Origin: Oscillospiraceae bacterium
GTDB taxonomy: Bacteria; Bacillota; Clostridia; Oscillospirales; CAG-272
DNA length: 64,000 bases
NCBI GenBank assembly: GCA_015063325.1
Contig: SVUK01000004.1
Location: forward strand, 75,825-139,824
Reading direction: 5' to 3'
Made by a program: the position numbers and the translations under genes. Below, piece by piece: positions 53,622 to 61,667 of the stretch. Positions within the stretch are counted from its first letter, which is position 1; each line of letters opens with the position of its first letter. The notes below the pieces were generated by a model. It searched no databases, was not told where the DNA came from, and was given only the letters and a program-made list of their open reading frames with translations.

Positions 53622-54566
53622 ATGGCAACCATTCCGGTCTATCTATTCACCGGCTTTCTGGAGGGAGGCAAAACCAGCATCATTCAGGAATCCATGGAGG
53701 ATCAGCGCTTCAATTCGGGCGAAAAAACGCTCATCATTCAGTGCGAGCAGGGCGAGGTCGAGCTGGACCCTTCGCGTTTCTGGGGACAGAACGTCTACCT
53801 GGAAACCATCGAGGACGCCGCCGATCTGACCATCGAAAACCTGACCGCCATGGGCAAAAAGCACAAGCTGGATCGCGTCATCATCGAGTATAACGGAATG
53901 TGGAACCTCGCCGACCTCTACGGCAACCTGCCGCAGGGCTGGGCGATCTACCAGGAAATGCTCTTTGCCGATGCCGGCACCTTCCTTTCCTACAACGCCA
54001 ATATGCGCCAGCTTATGGTGGATAAACTCATGAACTGCGAAATGGTCGTTCTCAATCGCACCCCGGCCGACGTGGATAAGGAAACCATTCACAAGGTCAT
54101 TCGCGCAACCAGCCGCCGCGCCGCCATTACCTACGAGTATCCCGACGGGCACGTGGAGTACGACGAGATCGTCGATCCGCTTCCGTTTGACCTGAACGCT
54201 CCGGTCGTTTCGGTTGCCGACGGCGACTACGCGCTCTTCTACCGCGACCTCTCGGAGGAAATGGACAAATACAACGGCAAAACCGTCAAATTCAAGGGCA
54301 TCGTTGCGCGCGACCGCTCGCTGGGCGACCGTTCGGTGCTTGCCGGACGCCATGTCATGACCTGTTGCGAGGCCGACATTTCCTACCATCCGCTGGTCTG
54401 CATTTTCGGGGAACCGACCACTCTCAAAACCGGCGATTGGGCAACCATCACCGGCAAAATCAAGGTGGAAAAACACAAACTTTATAACGGCGTGGGCCCC
54501 GTTCTCTATATCGAAAAAACCGAGTTCGCCACCCCTGCCGTCCCCGAAGTTGCAACCTTTTATTGA
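53622..54566 (+). CDS. Fusion protein: a degenerate COG0523-like P-loop N-domain (no CxCC) plus a C-terminal CC-motif domain resembling DUF1980/TIGR03943
   Basis: GFLEGGKTS P-loop. The position equivalent to CxCC reads IIQCEQGE. The C-terminus has GRHVMTCCEADISYHPLVC. Confidence 0.55.
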   Translation: MATIPVYLFTGFLEGGKTSIIQESMEDQRFNSGEKTLIIQCEQGEVELDPSRFWGQNVYLETIEDAADLTIENLTAMGKKHKLDRVIIEYNGMWNLADLYGNLPQGWAIYQEMLFADAGTFLSYNANMRQLMVDKLMNCEMVVLNRTPADVDKETIHKVIRATSRRAAITYEYPDGHVEYDEIVDPLPFDLNAPVVSVADGDYALFYRDLSEEMDKYNGKTVKFKGIVARDRSLGDRSVLAGRHVMTCCEADISYHPLVCIFGEPTTLKTGDWATITGKIKVEKHKLYNGVGPVLYIEKTEFATPAVPEVATFY

Positions 54567-54576
54567 GGCTTTCAAA

Positions 54577-55293
54577 ATGAACTATCCGTTGAGCGCAAAA
54601 TACCAAACGCCCGAACTGCTCTCCAAAATCATGGGGCCAAACCCCGTCAAACTGGAAGAGGAACTTTTAACGGGCAACCAAATTCCAAAAAACGCAACCG
54701 TTTGCGATTTGGGCAGCGGACAGGGCTTGACCAGTGTCTTTCTTGCCAAAGAGTACGGCTTTTGCGTATATGCCGCCGATCTTTGGAGCGAGCCCGAGGA
54801 GAACCGCAAATTCTTTCGCAAGATGGGGCTGACTGAGGAGCAGATCATTCCCGTCAAAGCCGACGCCACGGCACTGCCCTTTGAAATAGACTTCTTCGAC
54901 GCCGTTGTTTCCACCGATTCCTATAACTATTTCGGGCGCGATCCCGACTATCTCGACGAAAAGCTGTTGCCCTTCGTCAAAAAAGACGGCTGGCTCTATA
55001 TCGCCGTGCCGGGTATGAAAAAAGATTTGCACGAAAATCTGCCGCCCGAACTGCTCCTGTCCTGGACACCCGAACAACTTGCCTACCTGCGCGACGCGCA
55101 CTATTGGAAAGGAATTGTCGGTGCCAGCCGCAACGCCGAGGTGATCGCGGTGGAAGAAATGCAATCCAACGAGGAAGTTTGGAACGATTGGCTCATGCAG
55201 GAAAACGAATACGCCATCGGCGACCGCAAATCCATGCAAGCCGGCGGCGGCAAGTACCTCAATTTTATCAAGATCGTTTTAAGAAAAAAGTAA
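54577..55293 (+). CDS. Class I SAM-dependent methyltransferase
   Basis: Motif I VCDLGSGQGLTSVFLA and the acidic post-I residue YAADL. Its start lies 8 nt after the preceding stop. Confidence 0.75.
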   Translation: MNYPLSAKYQTPELLSKIMGPNPVKLEEELLTGNQIPKNATVCDLGSGQGLTSVFLAKEYGFCVYAADLWSEPEENRKFFRKMGLTEEQIIPVKADATALPFEIDFFDAVVSTDSYNYFGRDPDYLDEKLLPFVKKDGWLYIAVPGMKKDLHENLPPELLLSWTPEQLAYLRDAHYWKGIVGASRNAEVIAVEEMQSNEEVWNDWLMQENEYAIGDRKSMQAGGGKYLNFIKIVLRKK

Positions 55294-55296
55294 ATA

Positions 55297-55351
55297 GAAA
55301 ACGGATTTTGAAACAGACAATCGCTTGAATCAAAATCCGTTTTCTTTTTTT
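55297..55351 (+). terminator. Intrinsic terminator of the COG0523-methyltransferase operon
   Basis: AGAAAACGGATTTTG ... CAAAATCCGTTTTCT followed by TTTTTT. Confidence 0.8.
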
Positions 55352-55378
55352 GGTAAAGTTTTTTGGAAGAGAGGGAGC

Positions 55379-55425
55379 GCGAGGGGGAGAAACACTTTTT
55401 TGCAAAAAAGGTTTCTCCCCCTCGC
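55379..55425. repeat. Palindromic element copy B
   Basis: GCGAGGGGGAGAAAC-acttttttgcaaaaaag-GTTTCTCCCCCTCGC. Homologous to 13333-13378. Confidence 0.85.
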
Positions 55426-55432
55426 GACCTTC

Positions 55433-56017
55433 CTATCCCTCTCTCTTTCCTTCCATAATAAAGGCGGCTTCCATATCGGCGCAAACGGTGGCGTAGGCGA
55501 GTGGGAACATTTCCAGGGCGCGGCCCACGTTGCCAACGTCCTCAGTGCCCGAAAAGCCCATGTGATAGCGGATGGCGAACGCCTCGTCGCGCGTCAGCTT
55601 CATATAAGCCGAGATCATATAGACCGATTTTTCGCCGTGCCCGTAGGGCAGGGGGTCCTCGATGGTGTAGTAGGGAACGGTGGTCCAATGCCCGGTTTTG
55701 TCCTTGACGTTCCGAGTGCTCACCTTGTAGAAATTGACTTTGCAAATATCGTGCAAAAGGCCGGCAATGGCAATGCTTTCGTCGCTGTAGGAAATGCCGT
55801 AAAGCTCTTTCATACGGGGACGGGCAAGAATATCGCAAAGGCAGTCGTAAACGTTCAGGCTGTGCTGCAAGAGGCCGCCCTCGCAGGCGCCGTGGTAACG
55901 GGTGCTTGCCGGCGCGGTGAAAAAGTCGCTTTTTTGAAGAAACTCCAGCAGTTTGTCGGAACCCTCACGGGTGATTTTTTCTTTGAAGATTTGAATAAAG
56001 CGTTCCTGATTGGTCAT
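55433..56017 (-). CDS. HD-domain phosphohydrolase (YhaM-type HD module without the OB domain)
   Basis: RYHGACEGGLLQHSLNV and LLHDICK motifs. It is the last gene after the SbcD-like and SMC-like pair. Confidence 0.78.
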   Translation of the reverse strand: MTNQERFIQIFKEKITREGSDKLLEFLQKSDFFTAPASTRYHGACEGGLLQHSLNVYDCLCDILARPRMKELYGISYSDESIAIAGLLHDICKVNFYKVSTRNVKDKTGHWTTVPYYTIEDPLPYGHGEKSVYMISAYMKLTRDEAFAIRYHMGFSGTEDVGNVGRALEMFPLAYATVCADMEAAFIMEGKREG

Positions 56018-56087
56018 TGTATGCGATCCTTTCTGAAAATACTAACCTTATTATAAAGGAAGGCGCGAAAAATGTCAAGCGAGAAAA

Positions 56088-58598
56088 TCAAACGCGATCT
56101 CCGTGGCAGACAAGGTAGAGGATCTGCCGGGATTTTGCAAGCTCGCCGAGCAGGGCTTTTGCGGCGGCAAGACGTTCCTCGTCCAAGTTAGTAAAAGGAT
56201 CGTCCAAAAGCAAAAACGGCGTTTCCTTTCCGTCGGCATAGAGGGCGTCGATCAGCGAAAGCCGCACACAAAATTGCAGCAAATCACGCCAACCGCGGCT
56301 GTAGCTTTCCATTTTACGACTCATGCCGCCGTCCAGAACAGAAACGGAAAAGTCTGCCGCCAACTCGGCTTTGGGAAGGTTTTTGCCACAGAGCAGGGCA
56401 AGGTATTTTGCAAAGTTTTCGCGCGTGGCAGGAAGATAGCGCGTGGTCAGATCGTCGTGCGCCTGCTTGAGAAAATCGCGTGTTTTGACCAATAGATGAT
56501 AGCGCTGTTTCTGTTCGACGAGCGCAGTTTCCAGTCGGGAGAGCTCTTCTTCCCGTTCGGGAATCTGCTCTGTTTCGGCATTCAGGCGCGCGAGCAAAAC
56601 GGTAAGGCGATTCTCGTTATTTTTTAAGCCGGCAAGAATTTCTTTCTGCTCGGTTTGACGCGACGTAAGATTATTCGGATCGGGTTCATGATCCAAAAGG
56701 GAAACTTCCGAAATGCCGATTTTGGAAAGCCGATCCTGCAAATCCTCCCGGCGGTCGGCAATCAAACGCAGAAGCGTTTCTCGGTCAGTCAGCAGGGTTT
56801 CCATCGTTGCGAGACGGTCTTTATCCAAGGTGGCGCAATCCGAACAGGGAAAATGAGAAAAGAACGTATCAACCTCTTTTGCGGCGGCGGCAAGCTCCGC
56901 TTTTTTCTGTTCTTCCGCTTCCGCAGAAGCTTGTTGCTTTTTCCAAAGATTTTCCCAGTTGCGAGCAAATTCAGAAAGGGTAAGCAGTCCGGTTTCCGGA
57001 TCGGCTTCTGCAATTTCAAAAGCGGCAAGATAAGCGCGCAAATCAGCAGTTTTTTGCTCGTAAAACCGCTGTTTGAGTGCAAGCTCGTGGTATTTCGCGG
57101 CGAATTTTTCGTGTGCCGCTTCGGCGTCCTTCCTACGAGCGGAAAGCAGAGCAATCGAAGCGCGCGGATCCTCATTTTCGGGCAACCGGAACTGCCGAGC
57201 AATTTCGTTCATCGCGGCGGTCAAGCGTACCTGTGCTTGATTTTTCGCTTTGTTCTGCCGAATAACAAGAAAAATATGAAAAAGGAAACAGAATCCGCCA
57301 ATACCAATCGCGGCAATCCCCCCGATGAGAAGGGGGCGCATTTCTTGGATGATTCCGATTGTCAATGTAATCAACCCGGCAGGCAACAGCAGAAGCGCGG
57401 TAATGAAAAAGAGGGATAGACTCGTTTTTTTAATTGATTTTGCAGGCGCGTATTGACTTGTAAGCCGTTCATTCGCCTGCGATAGCTCTTCGAGCGACGG
57501 AAGTGCGGAAAGTTGATTCTCGGCGGCTTGTAGGTCGTTCCACGCTTCCTGCATTGTCGTTTTGAGCGTTTCCTGTTCGGCGCGCAATGCCGAGGCAAGG
57601 CGAAGTCTTTCATTCACCGTTTCGGCAGTCGGCGCTCCGGTTGGAAACCGACGGGAAAGAGAAACCAATTCGGCTTGTTCTTCCTGATTCAATCCAATGG
57701 CGGCAAGCTCGGCGCGCAGAATTTCCATGCGGTCGATCTGATTGCGGCAGGAGGTCAGTTCCTCGCGCGTTGGAATATGATTTGCAAAACGGCGCTCAAT
57801 CTCGGCGTTTTGCCGGGTCAGCTCCTCCAGTTTGCTTTTGAACATACGGATTTCTTCTACCTGCTTGGCGCGAAGAAGGGCTTCCTGTAGCTTTTTGTCT
57901 TCCGCTTCAGTTTCGGCAATCTGCCCGAGGAGTTCGGAAAGCTCGCGCTCAACGCATTCTTTCTGCTGTTGCTTTCCGCGCGATTCAGTCAATTCGTCCC
58001 GAATGGTGCGAATTTTTGCCTCGGTTTCCCCGATCAATCCGGCGCCGCCGCGCTTTTTAAAGTCTTTTGCGCGGTCATCCAGCAGGCGGTAGGCGTTGTC
58101 ATAGTTGGAAAGATCGTGGATCTCGTCAATGCCGGTCAATTTTACATGAATCGAATCGTTGTTTTCGTCCTTTGTTTTCACCGATCGGGCGGAAAGAAAA
58201 ACGCTTTGCTCAAAACCCTCGGCGTCAATGCCGAAAAGCTCTTTTCCGAGAGAGTCGGAAAAGGCAGACGAAGAAAGACCGGTCGCCGTGTCGTAAAGCG
58301 CAAAGGACTCGTTTTCTCCAAAGGAACGCTCAATGCGAAAAGTGCCTTTTTCGCAGGAGAACACCAGATTGCCGCCGAAAACGCCGCCCTGCCAGGGGGT
58401 GTAGCGTTTGTAGTCGTTTTCGTCAAGGTCGTGCTTGTTGGATTTTGGCAATCCATAAAACATGGCTTTCAAAAAAGCGGCAAGCGTACTTTTTCCCCAA
58501 CCGTTTTCTTCGCAAATCGTGTTCAACCCATCGTTCAGCGTCAGGTCATAGCGGTGCAGTTTTCCAAAATTCTCAATGGAAAGAGAGATCAGTTTCAT
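56088..58598 (-). CDS. SMC/Rad50-like AAA ATPase (YhaN/SbcE-like) with a central two-helix hydrophobic segment
   Basis: Walker A EENGWGKST, long coiled coils, and a C-terminal LLLDDPFTNLDEER Walker B/D-loop. Residues ~393-446 are two hydrophobic helices. Confidence 0.8.
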   Translation of the reverse strand: MKLISLSIENFGKLHRYDLTLNDGLNTICEENGWGKSTLAAFLKAMFYGLPKSNKHDLDENDYKRYTPWQGGVFGGNLVFSCEKGTFRIERSFGENESFALYDTATGLSSSAFSDSLGKELFGIDAEGFEQSVFLSARSVKTKDENNDSIHVKLTGIDEIHDLSNYDNAYRLLDDRAKDFKKRGGAGLIGETEAKIRTIRDELTESRGKQQQKECVERELSELLGQIAETEAEDKKLQEALLRAKQVEEIRMFKSKLEELTRQNAEIERRFANHIPTREELTSCRNQIDRMEILRAELAAIGLNQEEQAELVSLSRRFPTGAPTAETVNERLRLASALRAEQETLKTTMQEAWNDLQAAENQLSALPSLEELSQANERLTSQYAPAKSIKKTSLSLFFITALLLLPAGLITLTIGIIQEMRPLLIGGIAAIGIGGFCFLFHIFLVIRQNKAKNQAQVRLTAAMNEIARQFRLPENEDPRASIALLSARRKDAEAAHEKFAAKYHELALKQRFYEQKTADLRAYLAAFEIAEADPETGLLTLSEFARNWENLWKKQQASAEAEEQKKAELAAAAKEVDTFFSHFPCSDCATLDKDRLATMETLLTDRETLLRLIADRREDLQDRLSKIGISEVSLLDHEPDPNNLTSRQTEQKEILAGLKNNENRLTVLLARLNAETEQIPEREEELSRLETALVEQKQRYHLLVKTRDFLKQAHDDLTTRYLPATRENFAKYLALLCGKNLPKAELAADFSVSVLDGGMSRKMESYSRGWRDLLQFCVRLSLIDALYADGKETPFLLLDDPFTNLDEERLAAAKALLGELAKSRQILYLVCHGDRV

Positions 58599-59668
58599 AA
58601 ATCAATCTCCTTTCTTCCGTAAAGCGCCTGCAATCCGATCCGAATCACGGCGTCGCGCTCGGCGTCGGTCAGCGATTCGTCGGCGCGCACCAGCCGGATG
58701 AACTCGCCCTTGAGCGAGCGATCGTTCTGGTAGTCCTCAGGGCGAATCAAAAGCGCCGATTCGTCTTTGCGCCGACCAAACCAAAAACGCTCGGAAAGAT
58801 ACCGGTCGATCCGGTGATAATCGGGCTCAAAATCGGGGTCAACTTCGCCGCAAACCGTCAACTTGACAAGGTCGGTTGCCGGAATAGGAGCAAGAGCCAT
58901 TTCAGCGCGGCGTTCCAGCTCGGTTTGCGTGTTACAACCCGAAAGATCCAGTCGTATTTCGTGAAGCGTCCGTTTTGCAAAGGGGACGAAACGGGTCTGC
59001 AGGCGTTTTCCGGGCGTAATTTCCAAAAGAACAAATCCTTTTTCGCCGCACTCGTCAAAGCCGCGCCCTTCTGGGGTTCCGGAATAGCAGGCGATTGCGC
59101 GGTCATCCACGCGATATTCGGCAAAGGAGTGGATATGCCCGAGCGCCAGGTAGTCGATCCCTTTTTCGGCATAAGCGCGCAGAGGGATCTCATCGCCGGA
59201 CGCCGAGAATGTGTCCGTAACCTGCCCGTGCAGGAGGATGATATTCGTCTGTTCGGAGTTCAGCGAAAGCGCTTCGGGAAGCGGGTTCTGCGCGGCGGTG
59301 ATCGATGCTTCACCCAAGTCATAGGTTGTCCATTGATCCGAAAAAGTATGAAGGTTTTGGGGAATTGCCTCGTTACCGACAAGCAGATTCGCGCCACCGT
59401 CGTGATTTCCGGCAAGATAAAAAAAATGAATGTTCGGATAAAGCGAAACAGTTTCCAAAATCATTTTTACCGTGCGTTTGCGGACCTGCTTTACCGAATC
59501 GAACAAGTCCCCGGCAATCAGAATGGCGCAAACGCCCTCCTTGTCGGCAAATTCAACCATTCGGCGAAAGGTGTCCAAAAGCTCGGCGCGGCGCTCTTTT
59601 GCCTGTTCGGCGGAAAAATTGGCAAGTGGCGAATCCAAATGCAGGTCGGCGGTATGGATCAGCTTCAA
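58595..59668 (-). CDS. Metallophosphoesterase, SbcD/Mre11-like DNA repair exonuclease (YhaO-like)
   Basis: IHTADLHLD, AGDLFD, AGNHD and GHIH motifs. ATGA overlap with the ATPase gene. Confidence 0.85.
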   Translation of the reverse strand: MKLIHTADLHLDSPLANFSAEQAKERRAELLDTFRRMVEFADKEGVCAILIAGDLFDSVKQVRKRTVKMILETVSLYPNIHFFYLAGNHDGGANLLVGNEAIPQNLHTFSDQWTTYDLGEASITAAQNPLPEALSLNSEQTNIILLHGQVTDTFSASGDEIPLRAYAEKGIDYLALGHIHSFAEYRVDDRAIACYSGTPEGRGFDECGEKGFVLLEITPGKRLQTRFVPFAKRTLHEIRLDLSGCNTQTELERRAEMALAPIPATDLVKLTVCGEVDPDFEPDYHRIDRYLSERFWFGRRKDESALLIRPEDYQNDRSLKGEFIRLVRADESLTDAERDAVIRIGLQALYGRKEIDL

Positions 59669-59836
59669 ACGATATTCCTCCTTTCGGGAATCTTTTCTCT
59701 ATTCTTCTACATTCTACCATATTTTTCGGGGAAAGAAAAGGGGAAATTTGCCGGAAAGGTAATTTTTTTTGACTTTTGCGCGAGAATGTGATAAAATAGT
59801 GATAAATGAAAGGAAAAGACGAAAGGGAGGGGTAAA

Positions 59837-60964
59837 ATGAAACCGTTGGGAATTTATCTGCATATTCCGTTTTGCCGCTCCAAGTGCCTGTATTGCGATT
59901 TTTGCTCTTTGCCGGCGCGGTCGGCGGAAACGATTGACATTTATGTAACCGCCCTTTGCCGCGAGATCGCCGGGAAAAAAGAGCCTTGTGCGGAACATTC
60001 CGTGCAAACCATCTATTTCGGCGGCGGAACACCAACGCTTCTCTCTGCAAGACAGCTGGAAAAAATCATGGAGACTATCCGAAATTCTTTTTCGCTAGAG
60101 GCAGATTGCGAGATCAGCGCCGAATGCAACCCGAAAACCGGGAGCAAGGAACTGTTTTCGGCAATGCGCTCCATAGGGTTCAATCGCTTGAGTATCGGTT
60201 TGCAGAGCGCGCATGAAAACGAACTGCGCGCATTGGGCAGAACGCATGATTTCAATGGATTTGTAAAGACATGGAACGAAGCGCGTGAGGTCGGATTTGA
60301 AAATCTGAATGCCGACGTTATGTTCGGAATTCCCTATCAAACCGAAAGAAGTTTTGCCGAAACACTCAAAAAACTCATACCATTGTCGCCCGAACATCTC
60401 TCCGCGTATGCGCTGACATTAGAGGAGGGAACGCCGCTTTGCCGTCTTGCCGAAAAATTGCCCTTTCCAAGCGAGGAAGAAACGGCGAATATGTATTTGC
60501 AAACGGTGGATTTTTTGAACGAGAATGGTTTGAAACAATACGAAATCAGCAATTTTGCGCGTCGAGGGTATCAATCGCGCCATAACCGCAAATATTGGGA
60601 TATGGAGGAATATCTCGGTTTCGGTGTGGCGGCATATTCGGATTTCGGCGGCGAGCGATTCGGAAACAGCCGGGATTTGGATGCCTATTTGCGCGGCGAA
60701 GAGATTTGCGAAGAGAGGGGAATACCGAGCGAAAAGGAGCGCGAAAACGAATACGTCATGCTGCAAATGCGCCTTGCCGAGGGGTTGAAAAAAAAGGCGT
60801 TTGCCAAGCGCTTCGAACATAGTGCGGATGTATTTTTTGCCAAACTGCAACCGTGGATTGAAAAGGGATATGTAAAGGTCACCGCCGAGGGCGCGGCATT
60901 TACGCCGAAAGGCTTTCTCATCAGCAATACAGTTCTTTCCGAAATTGTGGAATTTGAGAAATGA
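59837..60964 (+). CDS. hemW: Radical SAM heme chaperone HemW
   Basis: LYLHIPFCRSKCLYCDFCS (CxxxCxxC), 375 aa, and the HemN_C-like tail. Confidence 0.9.
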   Translation: MKPLGIYLHIPFCRSKCLYCDFCSLPARSAETIDIYVTALCREIAGKKEPCAEHSVQTIYFGGGTPTLLSARQLEKIMETIRNSFSLEADCEISAECNPKTGSKELFSAMRSIGFNRLSIGLQSAHENELRALGRTHDFNGFVKTWNEAREVGFENLNADVMFGIPYQTERSFAETLKKLIPLSPEHLSAYALTLEEGTPLCRLAEKLPFPSEEETANMYLQTVDFLNENGLKQYEISNFARRGYQSRHNRKYWDMEEYLGFGVAAYSDFGGERFGNSRDLDAYLRGEEICEERGIPSEKERENEYVMLQMRLAEGLKKKAFAKRFEHSADVFFAKLQPWIEKGYVKVTAEGAAFTPKGFLISNTVLSEIVEFEK

Positions 60965-61048
60965 AAAGCGGCAAAAACTCTTGACAAAAAGAGAGAAATC
61001 ATGTAGAATAAAAGAGGTAAAAAAACAGAGAAAGGCAAGGTTTTTTTC

Positions 61049-61354
61049 ATGGAAAAAAATCAAAACGAACGCGAGTTTTACACCCTGACCGACGAGGATG
61101 GCAACGAGAGCGAATTTGAGCTGATCGGCGCCGCCGAATATAAGGGAAAACAGTATTTTGCAATGATTCCGGCAACCGAGGAGCAAAAAGAGGACGAATT
61201 CTGCGAATATGTCATTCTGCGGTTAGATGTGGACGAAAACGGCGAGGAAACGCTGATCACCATCGATGATGACGACGAGTTTGACGATGTTGCCGATATT
61301 TTTGACGATCAGTTTTCCGAGGAAATCGACTACGACGAAAAAAAGAAATCGTGA
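61049..61354 (+). CDS. DUF1292 domain-containing protein
   Basis: The acidic pattern LTDEDGNESEFELIGAAEYKGKQYFAMIP...YVILRL...LITIDDDDEFDDV. Confidence 0.75.
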   Translation: MEKNQNEREFYTLTDEDGNESEFELIGAAEYKGKQYFAMIPATEEQKEDEFCEYVILRLDVDENGEETLITIDDDDEFDDVADIFDDQFSEEIDYDEKKKS

Positions 61355-61379
61355 AATTCTCCTGCCGAGTGCGTGATAG

Positions 61380-61624
61380 GCGGCAATATTGAGCCTACAA
61401 TTGATTAAAGGAGTCTAACGCTTTTCCGGTTTGCAGACCTCCCGTTCCCGTTTTCGGTTGACTTGTCCCGAACGGGATGACGGACGTTGGGAGCAGTAAA
61501 GGAAGGGTGAGAGGACACCGCCCTGGCATACAGGGTTCAGAATTTCCGACTACACGGCCCGGTGGGTTTTCTGAATTGCCCGCGGCAAAATTGACTTTAC
61601 GGGGAGCCGCAAGCTCCCCTTTTA
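61380..61624 (+). ncRNA. Candidate structured leader or cis-regulatory RNA of unassigned class, ending in an intrinsic terminator
   Basis: A series of hairpins: CCCGTTC 61441-47 with GAACGGG 61470-76; CCCTG-gcata-CAGGG 61521-35; TTCAGAA 61536-42 with TTCTGAA 61569-75; TTGCC-cgc-GGCAA 61576-88; and the terminator at 61601-24. An upstream GGGAGC (61489-94) could compete for the terminator 3' arm. The 5' end is not defined. Confidence 0.35.
61601..61624 (+). terminator. Intrinsic terminator 44 nt upstream of the SPFH gene start
   Basis: GGGGAGC-cgcaa-GCTCCCC followed by TTTT. Confidence 0.75.
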
Positions 61625-61667
61625 AAATCGAAAGAACAATTCAATACATAAAGGAGAAAAAGAAACT

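Noticed and set aside
59669-59836. LexA (Cheo) box upstream of the SbcD-like gene, and a Zur box at 52256-52337 upstream of the COG0523 operon
   Set aside because: No CGAAC-n4-GTTCG and no AT-rich 7-1-7 Zur-type palindrome could be found by eye. Their absence is noted but not proven without a PWM scan.
61480-61575. ZTP (pfl) or ykkC/guanidine-I riboswitch
   Set aside because: CACCGCCCUGGCA only loosely resembles the invariant CCGCCUGGGCA of ZTP. The CCGACUACACGGCCCGG segment shares short strings with ykkC but lacks GGUCCGAGAG and the GGGA elements. The downstream gene class also fits neither. This is a comparison from memory; Rfam should decide.
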